A stretch of DNA of 64,000 bases from an uncultured Clostridia bacterium. Its GTDB lineage: Bacteria > Bacillota > Clostridia > Christensenellales > CAG-314. Both the position numbers and the translations under genes were made by a program. The notes below the pieces were generated by a model. It did no database searches. It worked only from the letters and a program-made list of their open reading frames with translations, and was not told the origin of the DNA. Of this stretch, positions 26,536-35,785 are shown in pieces. Numbering within the stretch: position 1 is the first letter of the stretch; the number at the start of each line of letters is the position of its first letter. The stretch is from positions 84,739-148,738 of the forward strand of contig CAKQEP010000001.1 of assembly GCA_934230325.1 (NCBI GenBank), read 5' to 3'.

Positions 26536-26910
26536 TTATTTGGTTTGTTGTTTTTCTTTATAATTGTCTATCGCCTTTTTGATGGCTTCTTCTGCAAGGA
26601 CAGAACAGTGAAGTTTTTGCGGCGGCAAACCTTCCAACTCCTCCACTACTTGCGCGTTGGTGATTTTTAAGGCTTCGTCCACCGTTTTGCCTATTATCAT
26701 ATCCGTTGCCGTACTGCTCGTTGCTATTGCCGCAGTACAACCGAAAGTCTGAAACTTTGCGTCGACGATAACGTTATCTTTTATTTTTAAGGTTATCTTC
26801 ATGATATCGCCGCAGGTGGGATTGCCGACAACGCCTTCGCCGTCGGGATTTTCTATCACGCCTACGTTGTGAGGATTTGCAAATACTTTTAAAACTTTCT
26901 CGTTATACAT
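26536..26910 (-). CDS. nifU: Fe-S cluster assembly scaffold NifU/IscU-type
   Basis: Three conserved Cys motifs are present (GNPTCGDIM, FGCTAAIA, LHCSVL). I prefer ATG 26910 (AGGAG 9 nt upstream), which overlaps the nifS stop by 8 nt. Confidence 0.9.
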   Translation of the reverse strand: MYNEKVLKVFANPHNVGVIENPDGEGVVGNPTCGDIMKITLKIKDNVIVDAKFQTFGCTAAIATSSTATDMIIGKTVDEALKITNAQVVEELEGLPPQKLHCSVLAEEAIKKAIDNYKEKQQTK

Positions 26911-28486
26911 TTTTGATTTCTCCTTGTTTAAGCGCAAATAACGGTGACATTTTGCGCAATCTTTCTATAATTTGTTTCAGTTGATCTACGGTGTAATCCG
27001 CTTGTTCAATCGTATTGTGTTTTCCGAAAGAAAACCTTATCGTACCGTGAGATACTTCTATCGGAACGCCCATAGCAAGCAATACGTGCGACGGGTCAAG
27101 GCTTCCGCTACTGCAAGCCGAACCGCTGGATACCGCAACGCCTGCAAAATCGAGCAACATCAATATGCTTTCGCCTTCTACGTACTCAAAACTGAAACTT
27201 GCGTTGGAAGGCAATCTGTCCGTCGGATGTCCGTTGTACCGAACAAAAGGAATTTCTTTTTGTACTCTATCCACAAAATGATCCCTTATCGATTTGACAT
27301 AATCGTAATTCTCTTTTAGGTGAGCGACCGCAGAAGTAATTGCCTCTCCCATACCTACGACGCCGGCAGTGTTTGTAGTGCCGCCTCTCATTCCGCGTTC
27401 TTGTCCGCCGCCTACGATAAGTTTGTCTATTTTTACGCCGCTACGAATGTATAACGCGCCTACGCCCTTTGGACCGTAAAACTTGTGAGCGGAAATAGAA
27501 AGCAAATCCGCGCCCAAATCTTTGACGTTGACAGGTATTGCGCCCATAGCCTGAACAGCGTCGACATGCATCAAAACGTTGTGGCGGTGAGCGATATCCG
27601 CTATTTGTCTTATGGGTTCTATCGTGCCGACTTCGTTGTTGGCATACATTACGCTGACAAGAACGGTATCCGACCTTATTGCTTTTTCCAACTCGTCGAG
27701 TTTGACTACGCCGTAATTGTCGACAGGCAAAAAAGTGACTTCAAAACCGTTTTTGGACAGCCATTCGGCTGAGTTTATTATCGCGTGATGTTCTATCGCG
27801 CTGACGATAATATGTTTGCCGACGTTCTTTTTGGCGTTTGCTATGCCTTTAATAGCCCAGTTGTCCGCTTCCGTACCGCTTGCGGTAAAGTAAATTTCGT
27901 TGGGTAACGCGCCTATCGCGTCCGCAACCTGCTTGCGCGCCTTATCGACGCCCGCCATTGCGTCCCTTCCGTAAAAATGTTGGCTGTGGCTGTTTCCGAA
28001 ATTATCGATAAAATACGGCATCATTGCGGCAAGAACGTTTGAGTCCAACGGTGTGGTTGCGGCATGGTCTAAATATATCTTTCTTGATTTTTGCGAGTCG
28101 GCAAGTTGTTGCAAACTCACGCTGTCAAGATAAAGATTGATGTGATTGTACAAATTTTGCCACAAATTACGAGAAACGCAGGTGCATTTCCCTTTGCAAT
28201 CGCCGTTTAGACAATCGACAATTTCCAAATTGCCCTCTACGCTGCGCAATACTTTGCCGACGGAAATATTTGACGGTTTGTCCGCAAGTTTATAACCGCC
28301 CGTTGCGCCGCGCTGACTCAAAACTATACCGTCGCGTTTGAGCATTGCGATAATTTGTTCCAAATAACCGTCGCTGACTCCAGTCGATTTTGCAAGGTCG
28401 GCAGTGCTGATAAAATCTTTGTCGTAGTCTTCCGCCAACTTGATACACGCATAAAGTCCATAACGGGCTTTGGTAGACATTTTCAT
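26903..28486 (-). CDS. Fusion protein: Rrf2/IscR-family transcriptional regulator (N-terminal) + NifS-type cysteine desulfurase (C-terminal)
   Basis: One uninterrupted ORF. ORF residues 4-133 form an Rrf2 wHTH (MKMSTKARYGLYA...GGYKL) with a Cys cluster CLNGDCKGKCTC. From residue 139 it reads KIYLDHAATTP..., with the PLP-Lys motif SAHKFYGPKG and the catalytic Cys in SSGSACSSGS. Start is ATG 28486 (AGAGG 9 nt upstream). Confidence 0.85.
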   Translation of the reverse strand: MKMSTKARYGLYACIKLAEDYDKDFISTADLAKSTGVSDGYLEQIIAMLKRDGIVLSQRGATGGYKLADKPSNISVGKVLRSVEGNLEIVDCLNGDCKGKCTCVSRNLWQNLYNHINLYLDSVSLQQLADSQKSRKIYLDHAATTPLDSNVLAAMMPYFIDNFGNSHSQHFYGRDAMAGVDKARKQVADAIGALPNEIYFTASGTEADNWAIKGIANAKKNVGKHIIVSAIEHHAIINSAEWLSKNGFEVTFLPVDNYGVVKLDELEKAIRSDTVLVSVMYANNEVGTIEPIRQIADIAHRHNVLMHVDAVQAMGAIPVNVKDLGADLLSISAHKFYGPKGVGALYIRSGVKIDKLIVGGGQERGMRGGTTNTAGVVGMGEAITSAVAHLKENYDYVKSIRDHFVDRVQKEIPFVRYNGHPTDRLPSNASFSFEYVEGESILMLLDFAGVAVSSGSACSSGSLDPSHVLLAMGVPIEVSHGTIRFSFGKHNTIEQADYTVDQLKQIIERLRKMSPLFALKQGEIKNV

Positions 28487-28536
28487 ATTAAACAACCTCT
28501 ATATCCTACAAATTTAATAGACATTTATTTACTTGT

Positions 28537-28565
28537 AATATATCACTACAAACGTCGTTAGTCAA
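28537..28565 (-). promoter_or_regulatory. Sigma-A-type promoter of the Rrf2-NifS/NifU operon
   Basis: Minus strand reads TTGACT (28565-28560), a 17-nt spacer, then TATATT (28542-28537). Confidence 0.5.
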
Positions 28566-28579
28566 TTATTTTTGACTAA
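28558..28579. promoter_or_regulatory. Perfect 8-6-8 palindrome, candidate Rrf2 operator
   Basis: TTAGTCAA-ttattt-TTGACTAA. One half-site coincides with the -35 hexamer of the promoter above. Confidence 0.45.
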
Positions 28580-28712
28580 AAAAATAAATTTAATTTTGCA
28601 TACACAATAATGATTTTAAATTATAATTTTACGAATATAAAAACGCAGTTTTAAGAATAATCGCAAAGGAAAATTTTGGTATCGACAATTATCTTGCTTA
28701 CAAATTTTACCG

Positions 28713-28756
28713 CAAAAAAAGGACGGCAAAAGCGTCAAAAAGTCACTTTTGCCGTC
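28713..28756 (-). terminator. Rho-independent terminator after glyA
   Basis: Minus strand reads GACGGCAAAAG-(13 nt)-CTTTTGCCGTC followed by CTTTTTTTG, 16 nt after the glyA stop. Confidence 0.75.
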
Positions 28757-28771
28757 GTAAATATTAAAATT

Positions 28772-30028
28772 TTAGTCGTCTATGACGTCGTTTGCGTAAA
28801 GCGGGAAACGTTTGGTGAGTTCCAAAACTTTTTTGTCGCTACGTTCAAGCGCCGCATCTCTGTTTTTGATAACGTCGGCTATGAGTTGTCCGATAACGAC
28901 CATTTCTTCCTCTTTCATGCCGCGAGAAGTCACGCTGGGCGTACCTATGCGAATACCGCTCGTGACAAACGGACTTTGTTTGTCAAACGGAATACCGTTT
29001 TTGTTGACGGTGATATGCACTTCGTCCAAAAGTTTTTCCACTTCTCTGCCGGTAATGCCTTCTTCGGACAAGTCGACGAGCATAAGGTGGTTGTCGGTGC
29101 CGCCGCTAACTAATTTGATACCATTTTGCATAAGCGTTTCGGCAAGTTTTTTGGCGTTTGCGACTATTTGTTTTTGATACTCTTTAAACTCGGGTTTTAA
29201 CGCTTCTGCAAAGCAAACCGCTTTTGCGCCGATAATATGCATGAGCGGACCGCCTTGCGTACCGGGAAATACTGCGCTGTCTATCTTTTTTGCCCATTGT
29301 TCTTTGCACAAAATCATGCCGCCGCGAGGTCCTCTCAACGTCTTGTGAGTGGTGGTCGTGACAACGTCGGCGTACGGTACGGGATTCGGGTGAAGTCCTG
29401 CCGCAACAAGACCTGCGATGTGCGCCATATCAACCATAAGGATTGCGCCGACTTCGTCGGCTATTTCACGGAATTTTGCAAAATCGATTGTTCTCGGATA
29501 CGCGCTTGCGCCTGCGATAATAAGTTTGGGTTTGCACTCCAAAGCGACTTTGCGAAGATTGTCATAATCTATGCGGCAATCGGCTTCGCTCACGCAGTAA
29601 GGCACTACGTTGAAATACTTTCCGCTGATGTTTACGGGACTACCGTGAGAAAGGTGTCCGCCGTGCGCAAGGTTCATACCCAAAACGGTGTCACCGGGTT
29701 GCAAAAACGCAACAAACGCGGCAAGGTTTGCGCTTGCTCCGCTATGAGGTTGAACGTTGGCGTGGTCTGCGCCAAAAAGTTGGCATGCGCGTTGACGAGC
29801 AAGTTCTTCCGCCTTGTCTACGACGTAACAACCGCCGTAATAACGCTTTCCCGGATAACCTTCCGCATACTTGTTGGTAAGGTGGCTACCCATAGCCGCC
29901 ATAACGGCAGGCGAAACAAAGTTTTCGCTCGCTATCAACTCGATGTTTTGACGTTGACGAACAAGTTCTTCTTTGTAAATTTCGTAAAGTTGCGGATCCG
30001 TTGCTTTGATGGTTTTAAAATCAATCAT
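28772..30028 (-). CDS. glyA: Serine hydroxymethyltransferase
   Basis: 418 aa with the PLP-Lys motif [14 protein letters not shown] and an SHMT-typical N-terminus. Confidence 0.97.
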   Translation of the reverse strand: MIDFKTIKATDPQLYEIYKEELVRQRQNIELIASENFVSPAVMAAMGSHLTNKYAEGYPGKRYYGGCYVVDKAEELARQRACQLFGADHANVQPHSGASANLAAFVAFLQPGDTVLGMNLAHGGHLSHGSPVNISGKYFNVVPYCVSEADCRIDYDNLRKVALECKPKLIIAGASAYPRTIDFAKFREIADEVGAILMVDMAHIAGLVAAGLHPNPVPYADVVTTTTHKTLRGPRGGMILCKEQWAKKIDSAVFPGTQGGPLMHIIGAKAVCFAEALKPEFKEYQKQIVANAKKLAETLMQNGIKLVSGGTDNHLMLVDLSEEGITGREVEKLLDEVHITVNKNGIPFDKQSPFVTSGIRIGTPSVTSRGMKEEEMVVIGQLIADVIKNRDAALERSDKKVLELTKRFPLYANDVIDD

Positions 30029-30043
30029 AATAAATCTCCGTTT

Positions 30044-30367
30044 TTAAATGTGTTTTTTTATTGTTTCTTCCAGTTGTGACTCCGCTACGTAGCCTATAGA
30101 GCGGTCAACGAGTTTGCCGCCTTTAAATACGCATACGTTGGGTATCGACTCCACACCGTATTCTACCGCAAAACGAGGTGTTTCGTCAACATTTAACTTG
30201 CCGAATTTTGCATTATTTTTTAATTTTTGCGCCAAAGCCTCGATAGTCGGCGCAAGAGCGCGACAAGGACCGCACCACGACGCCCAAAAATCCACTACGG
30301 CAATTCCGTCGTCGGCTACAAATTGCTCAAAATTTTCTTCGTTGAGATCGGTAACTAAATTATCCAT
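30044..30367 (-). CDS. trxA: Thioredoxin
   Basis: 107 aa with the WASWCGPC active site. Confidence 0.92.
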   Translation of the reverse strand: MDNLVTDLNEENFEQFVADDGIAVVDFWASWCGPCRALAPTIEALAQKLKNNAKFGKLNVDETPRFAVEYGVESIPNVCVFKGGKLVDRSIGYVAESQLEETIKKHI

Positions 30368-30803
30368 TTTTTGCCTCCTCCGTGTTTGTTTTATTATTGT
30401 CTGTTATTATTTTTAATATAACGGGCTGATTTTTTGACTTTGCAAAAATTTTTTTGTCAATTAGCGCAACAATAGCAAATCCTACGGCAAGTCCCGCAAA
30501 AAACATTATCGCGCTTATCCACTCCTTGAGTTTGCACGCAACGCCTACGACAAGCAAAAGAACGGCAAAAGCCAGCGGCAAAAGATATGCCGCAATACTC
30601 ATTTTTGCTACGCTGCCGCCGGTGACGTTGACTTCTACGACGTCGCCTTCCTTTGCGCCTACAATGTTGGGCAAAGATATATCAACGTAAAGGTCTTTGG
30701 GTTTAATCGCGCACATACCGCAACTGCCGCAAGCGGATTTGCGGTTTATGCGCACGACGGCTTGGTCTTTTTTTATTTTTGTTACCTTGCCCGTTTCCGT
30801 CAT
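30360..30803 (-). CDS. RseC/MucC-family (SoxR-reducing system) membrane protein
   Basis: N-terminal Cys motif ACGSCGMCA followed by two TM helices. I prefer ATG 30803 (MTETGKV...), 6 nt after the aspS stop. Overlaps trxA by 8 nt. Confidence 0.7.
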   Translation of the reverse strand: MTETGKVTKIKKDQAVVRINRKSACGSCGMCAIKPKDLYVDISLPNIVGAKEGDVVEVNVTGGSVAKMSIAAYLLPLAFAVLLLVVGVACKLKEWISAIMFFAGLAVGFAIVALIDKKIFAKSKNQPVILKIITDNNKTNTEEAKNG

Positions 30804-30808
30804 AAAAA

Positions 30809-32608
30809 CTATTCTTCTTCCTTTTCTGTGGACATTATGCAAAGGTCTGCCAACTGCTTGTCCTCTACAAAGTCCGGCGCGTTTGACATCATGCAGTTTG
30901 CGTTTTGCATTTTTGGAAAAGCAATAACGTCTTTGATGTTTTCTGTACCCGACAAAAGCATTGCAAGTCTGTCAAGTCCGAGAGCAAGCCCTCCGTGCGG
31001 TGGCGTGCCGTAATTAAACGCTTCCACAAAATAGCCGAATTTGTACTCGATATCGCGCTTGGACAAACCTAAAGTTTCAAACATAAGTTTTTGAACTTCC
31101 TGTTTGTATATTCTCAAACTACCGCCGCCCGCTTCCTGTCCGTTTATCACTATATCGTACGCCTTTGCTTTTACGCGTAACGGATCGGTGGACATATATT
31201 GCAAATCTTCGTCTTTGGGGCTTGTAAACGGGTGATGCATTGCAACCACGCGTTTTTCTTCTTCGTTGTACTCAAACAAGGGAAAATCCACTACCCACAA
31301 AAGTTTGTAGTCTTCTGGTTTAATCATATCAAACCGCTCGGCAAGTTGCAAACGCAACGCTCCTAAAGCGGTACACACGACGTAATCGCTTGCGTCGGCA
31401 ACGATAAACAACATATCGCCTTGTTTTAAATCAAATTGCGCGTCGAGTTTTTTAAGACATTCTTGCGATATTTTTGACGCAAAACTGCTTCTCACTCCGT
31501 CCTTTCCTATGCCGTACCACGCCATGCCTTTTGCGTGATAGGTGCGGACGAGTTCGGCAAGTTTGTCAAGGTCTTTTCTCGACAACTTGTCCTCTCCGCC
31601 TTTAAGACAAACGGCTCTTACTTTGCCGCCCGCGTCAAGCGCATTGTCAAACACGACAAATCCGCCGCCTTTTACGCTGTCGGATATATCGTTGATTTCC
31701 ATATCAAACCTAAGGTCGGGTTTGTCGCTACCAAACCGCGCAATCGCTTGGTCGTAAGGCAAACGCAAAAAAGGCGTTTTTAAATCGATGCCTTTAACGT
31801 CTTTAAAGACTTTTTTGAGCAAACCTTCCACCAATTCGATAACGTCGTCCTCTTTGTCGACAAAGGACATTTCAAGGTCAATTTGCGTAAATTCCGGCTG
31901 TCTGTTTGCGCGCAAATCTTCGTCGCGGAAACATCTCGCTATCTGAAAGTACCTGTCCATACCCGCAATCATAAGCAACTGCTTGTATAGTTGCGGGGAT
32001 TGCGGCAAAGCGTAAAACTTGCCGTGATGAATACGGCTCGGCACGAGATAATCCCTTGCCCCCTCCGGCGTGGATTTGCCGAGCATAGGCGTTTCTATCT
32101 CAGCAAAACCGTTTTCGGTAAGATATTGACGTACCGATTGACATATCTGACTGCGAATAAACAGATTTTTTTGCAAATCTTCTCTACGCAAATCGAGATA
32201 ACGATATTTTAAACGCAACGTTTCGTTTGCGGAAGTATCGCCGATTGCAAAAGGCGGCGTGGACGCTTCCGAAAGAATTTTAAGGTCGTCGGCAACGATT
32301 TCTATCTCGCCGGTAGCCATTGCGTTGTTAGCGTTGTCACCTTCGCGGCGGCGTACCGTACCCGTGACGGCAAGCACGTATTCTTGTCTTATTTTGAGCG
32401 CTTTTTCAAAAAGTTGCGGGTCGGTGGTCGTTTTGTCAAAAACTATCTGAACTACACCCGTCTTATCTCTCAACTGAACAAAAATCAAAGTGCCGAGATC
32501 GCGACGGCGTACCGCCCAACCCATTACCGATGTTTTTTGACCGATGTTTTTTGCAGAAAACTCGCCGCACATATTTGTCCGTTTAAGACCGTTTAAAAAG
32601 TCTGACAT
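30809..32608 (-). CDS. aspS: Aspartate--tRNA ligase
   Basis: 599 aa with an N-terminal OB anticodon-binding domain, class II motifs (FRDEDLRANRQPEFTQID, GGGSLRIY, PPHGGLALGLDR) and the bacterial insertion domain. Confidence 0.95.
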   Translation of the reverse strand: MSDFLNGLKRTNMCGEFSAKNIGQKTSVMGWAVRRRDLGTLIFVQLRDKTGVVQIVFDKTTTDPQLFEKALKIRQEYVLAVTGTVRRREGDNANNAMATGEIEIVADDLKILSEASTPPFAIGDTSANETLRLKYRYLDLRREDLQKNLFIRSQICQSVRQYLTENGFAEIETPMLGKSTPEGARDYLVPSRIHHGKFYALPQSPQLYKQLLMIAGMDRYFQIARCFRDEDLRANRQPEFTQIDLEMSFVDKEDDVIELVEGLLKKVFKDVKGIDLKTPFLRLPYDQAIARFGSDKPDLRFDMEINDISDSVKGGGFVVFDNALDAGGKVRAVCLKGGEDKLSRKDLDKLAELVRTYHAKGMAWYGIGKDGVRSSFASKISQECLKKLDAQFDLKQGDMLFIVADASDYVVCTALGALRLQLAERFDMIKPEDYKLLWVVDFPLFEYNEEEKRVVAMHHPFTSPKDEDLQYMSTDPLRVKAKAYDIVINGQEAGGGSLRIYKQEVQKLMFETLGLSKRDIEYKFGYFVEAFNYGTPPHGGLALGLDRLAMLLSGTENIKDVIAFPKMQNANCMMSNAPDFVEDKQLADLCIMSTEKEEE

Positions 32609-32623
32609 ATATATTTTTCCTTC

Positions 32624-33928
32624 TTAAAGTATAAATTTTTTGAGATTGAGCGAAATAGTTTCTCCACTCAACTTGCTGTCTACGTATTTTTTGTCAATGA
32701 CGATATTTTGAGCGTTTTTCCCATCTGCGTCAAAGCATACTTCCGACAACAATTCTTCCAACACGGATTGCAATCTACGCGCACCGATATCTTCTTTTGT
32801 GTTGTTTAAGTCTACGGATACAAAAGCGATTTCTCTTATGCCGTCCTCTTTAAAATCCAACGTAACGCCGTCTACACCCAAAAGTTTTTGGTATTGTTTG
32901 GTAATGGCGTTTTGAGGCTCGGTGAGTATCCTTACAAAGTCGTTTTCGGTGAGACTGTTAAGTTCTACGACTACGGGGAAACGCCCTTGCAACTCGGGAA
33001 TAAGGTCGCTTACCGCCGCCACGTGAAAAGCCCCGCTTGCAATAAACAAAATGTGGTCTGTTTTTATCGTGCCGTATTTAGTATTTACCGTACAACCTTC
33101 TACTATGGGCAAAATATCGCGCTGAACTCCCTCGCGGGATACGTCGGGACCGTTGTTGCCGGATTTGCCCGCTATCTTGTCGAGTTCGTCGATAAAAATT
33201 ATACCGTCGTTTTCCGCGCGTAAAATTGCTTCCGCGTTTACGTTGTCGTTGTCTATGAGTTTTTCCGCTTCCTCATCGGTCAAAATACGCATGGCGTTGG
33301 CTACGGTGATTTTGCGTTTTTTGTATTTTTTGGGCATAAAATCGCCAAAAATATTGCCTATGTTTATCTCTCCGCCGCCGTTGCCTATATCTATCGATTT
33401 TGGCGCGTCGGCAACTTGAATTTCTACGGACAACTGGTCGAGATTACCCGCCAAAAGTTCGTCCTTTATCGTCGCTTTTTCTACCCCTGCGGGCAAAGCG
33501 TCTTTGTCTTTGAGCAACAAATCGGCTATCTTGTCTACTGCGGCGTTGCGGGCTTTGTCGGATACCTCCTTGTATCTCTCCTCTTTTACCAACCTAATCG
33601 CCACTTCTACAAGGTCGCGCACCATAGACTCGACGTCGCGTCCGACGTAACCTACTTCCGTGTATTTTGTCGCTTCTACCTTTAAAAACGGCGCTTTGAC
33701 CAACTTTGCAAGCCGACGAGCGATTTCCGTTTTTCCTACGCCCGTAGGTCCTTTGAGAATAATGTTTTTGGGCGTAATTTCTTCCCTGTCTTTGTCCGAT
33801 AATTTGCTACGGCGATAACGATTGCGCAACGCAACCGCAACCACCCTTTTTGCCTCGTCCTGACCTATAATATATTTGTTTAATTCTTCTACCACTTCTT
33901 TGGGCGTCAATTCTATTCTGCCGTTCAT
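32624..33928 (-). CDS. hslU: ATP-dependent protease ATPase subunit HslU
   Basis: Walker A GPTGVGKTEIARRLA. I prefer ATG 33928 (GGAGG upstream, TAATG overlap with the hslV stop) over the ORF-track start at 33970. Confidence 0.95.
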   Translation of the reverse strand: MNGRIELTPKEVVEELNKYIIGQDEAKRVVAVALRNRYRRSKLSDKDREEITPKNIILKGPTGVGKTEIARRLAKLVKAPFLKVEATKYTEVGYVGRDVESMVRDLVEVAIRLVKEERYKEVSDKARNAAVDKIADLLLKDKDALPAGVEKATIKDELLAGNLDQLSVEIQVADAPKSIDIGNGGGEINIGNIFGDFMPKKYKKRKITVANAMRILTDEEAEKLIDNDNVNAEAILRAENDGIIFIDELDKIAGKSGNNGPDVSREGVQRDILPIVEGCTVNTKYGTIKTDHILFIASGAFHVAAVSDLIPELQGRFPVVVELNSLTENDFVRILTEPQNAITKQYQKLLGVDGVTLDFKEDGIREIAFVSVDLNNTKEDIGARRLQSVLEELLSEVCFDADGKNAQNIVIDKKYVDSKLSGETISLNLKKFIL

Positions 33929-34479
33929 TACAACACCTCCACCGTGATATGACCGTTTGTAAAGACGCATATCTCGCTCGCGATTTCCAACGCTTTGTAA
34001 GCAATTTTTTCTGCAGACAAATTTGTTTCTGAAACAAGCGCTTTTGCCGCCGCAAGGGCGTAATTGCCGCCGCTACCTATTGCGCATACGCCGTTTTCCG
34101 GCTCGATAACGTCACCGTTGCCCGATACGATAAGAAAATTATCTTTGTCCGCAACTATCATCATCGCTTCGAGTTTGCGCATCATTTTGTCGTTGCGCCA
34201 CAACTGCGCGAGTTCTACCGCGCTTCTCACAAGATTGCCGCTGTATTTGTTGAGCATGGCTTCAAATTTTTCGCTCAAAGTAAATGCGTCGGCTACCGTA
34301 CCCGCAAAACCTATTACCACTTTGTTGTTGTATATACGGCGAACTTTTACCGCATTGCCCTTTAAAATCGTATTTTGACCTTGCGTGATTTGTCCGTCGC
34401 CCGCTACCGCAATTACGCCGTCTTTTTTTACGGCGCATATAGTAGTGCCTTTAATGTAATCACTGCTGACAGTATTCAT
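33928..34479 (-). CDS. hslV: ATP-dependent protease subunit HslV
   Basis: 183 aa with the N-terminal nucleophile region [11 protein letters not shown] and GSGGNYA. Confidence 0.95.
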   Translation of the reverse strand: MNTVSSDYIKGTTICAVKKDGVIAVAGDGQITQGQNTILKGNAVKVRRIYNNKVVIGFAGTVADAFTLSEKFEAMLNKYSGNLVRSAVELAQLWRNDKMMRKLEAMMIVADKDNFLIVSGNGDVIEPENGVCAIGSGGNYALAAAKALVSETNLSAEKIAYKALEIASEICVFTNGHITVEVL

Positions 34480-34495
34480 ATTTTTCTCCTTAAAT

Positions 34496-35785
34496 CTATA
34501 TTATTAGCGTCTTTAACTCGTTTAAAGACCTTTCTGCAAGCGCAAGTTTTTTAAGTTTTTTGTCGCGTATCTGCGTGTCGAGCGGCGGCAACAATCCGAA
34601 ATTTGCGTTCATCGGCTGAAAATCTGTTTTTGGTGACAAAATATACTTTGAAAGACACCCTACAATAGTATTAGCACCCAAATCGATATCTGTCAAGCCG
34701 TTTAAACGTCTAAAACAATTCAACGCCGAAACCAACCCGCTACCGATACTCTCGACGTACCCTTCTACACCAGTAATTTGTCCTGCAAAGTACACGTTTT
34801 TGTTTGTTTTTAATGCAAAAGCATTGTCGAGAACTTTGCCGCTGTCGATAAATATGTTTTTGTGCATTACGCCGTATCTGATAAACTCTGCGTTTTTTAA
34901 TGCGGGAATAAGTCCAAACACTCTTTTTTGCTCACCAAAAGTCAAATGCGTCTGAAACCCTACGAGATTGTACGCGATGCCCGCCATATCTTCTTTGCGT
35001 AATTGTACTACCGCATACGGTCTTTTGCCCGTTTTGGGATCGATAAGTCCGACGGGTTTTAACGGGCCGAATCTTATCGTGTCTTGCCCTCTTTTTGCCA
35101 TAACTTCTATAGGCATACAACTTTCAAAAACTTCGGACTTTTCAAAATCTTTGACTTGCGCCGTTTGAGCGGAAACGAGTTGCTCCCAAAAATACTCAAA
35201 TTGTTGTTTGTCCAACGGGCAATTAACGTAATCGCCTTCTCCTTTGTCGTACCTGTCCGAAACAAAAGCCTCTTGCATATCTATGCTCTCTGCCGTCACG
35301 ATAGGTGCGGCGGCGTCAAAAAAATGCAAAAATTCTCCGCAAACGGATCGTATGTATTTGCACAACGACGGCGTCGTTAACGGTCCCGTACAAATTATAT
35401 TTATGCCTTGCGGCAAATCGGATACTTCTTTGTATATTATATTGATTTTTTTGTGATTTGTCAAAAGAGTAGTGACTTCGCGAGAAAAATTTTCTCTGTC
35501 AACAGCCAACGCGCCGCCTGCGGGTACTTTGCACTGCCTTGCGACTTTAAGCAATTTGCAACCTAACAAATCGAGTTCTGCCTTAAACAATCCGCTTGCG
35601 GAAGAAAGTTCCGTCGATTTAAAACTGTTGCTGCAAACAACTTCCGCAAAATCGGCGCTGTGGTGCGCGGGCGACATGACGGTAGGTTTGCAATCGTACA
35701 AATTGACTTCGACGCCTCTGTCAGCAAGTTGCAAAGCCGCTTCGCTACCGGCAAGTCCCGCCCCTATGACGTTGACTTGCGGCAT
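34496..35785 (-). CDS. trmFO: Methylenetetrahydrofolate--tRNA-(uracil54-C5)-methyltransferase
   Basis: 429 aa with the FAD-binding N-terminus [12 protein letters not shown]. Canonical topA-trmFO-hslVU order. Confidence 0.93.
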   Translation of the reverse strand: MPQVNVIGAGLAGSEAALQLADRGVEVNLYDCKPTVMSPAHHSADFAEVVCSNSFKSTELSSASGLFKAELDLLGCKLLKVARQCKVPAGGALAVDRENFSREVTTLLTNHKKINIIYKEVSDLPQGINIICTGPLTTPSLCKYIRSVCGEFLHFFDAAAPIVTAESIDMQEAFVSDRYDKGEGDYVNCPLDKQQFEYFWEQLVSAQTAQVKDFEKSEVFESCMPIEVMAKRGQDTIRFGPLKPVGLIDPKTGKRPYAVVQLRKEDMAGIAYNLVGFQTHLTFGEQKRVFGLIPALKNAEFIRYGVMHKNIFIDSGKVLDNAFALKTNKNVYFAGQITGVEGYVESIGSGLVSALNCFRRLNGLTDIDLGANTIVGCLSKYILSPKTDFQPMNANFGLLPPLDTQIRDKKLKKLALAERSLNELKTLII

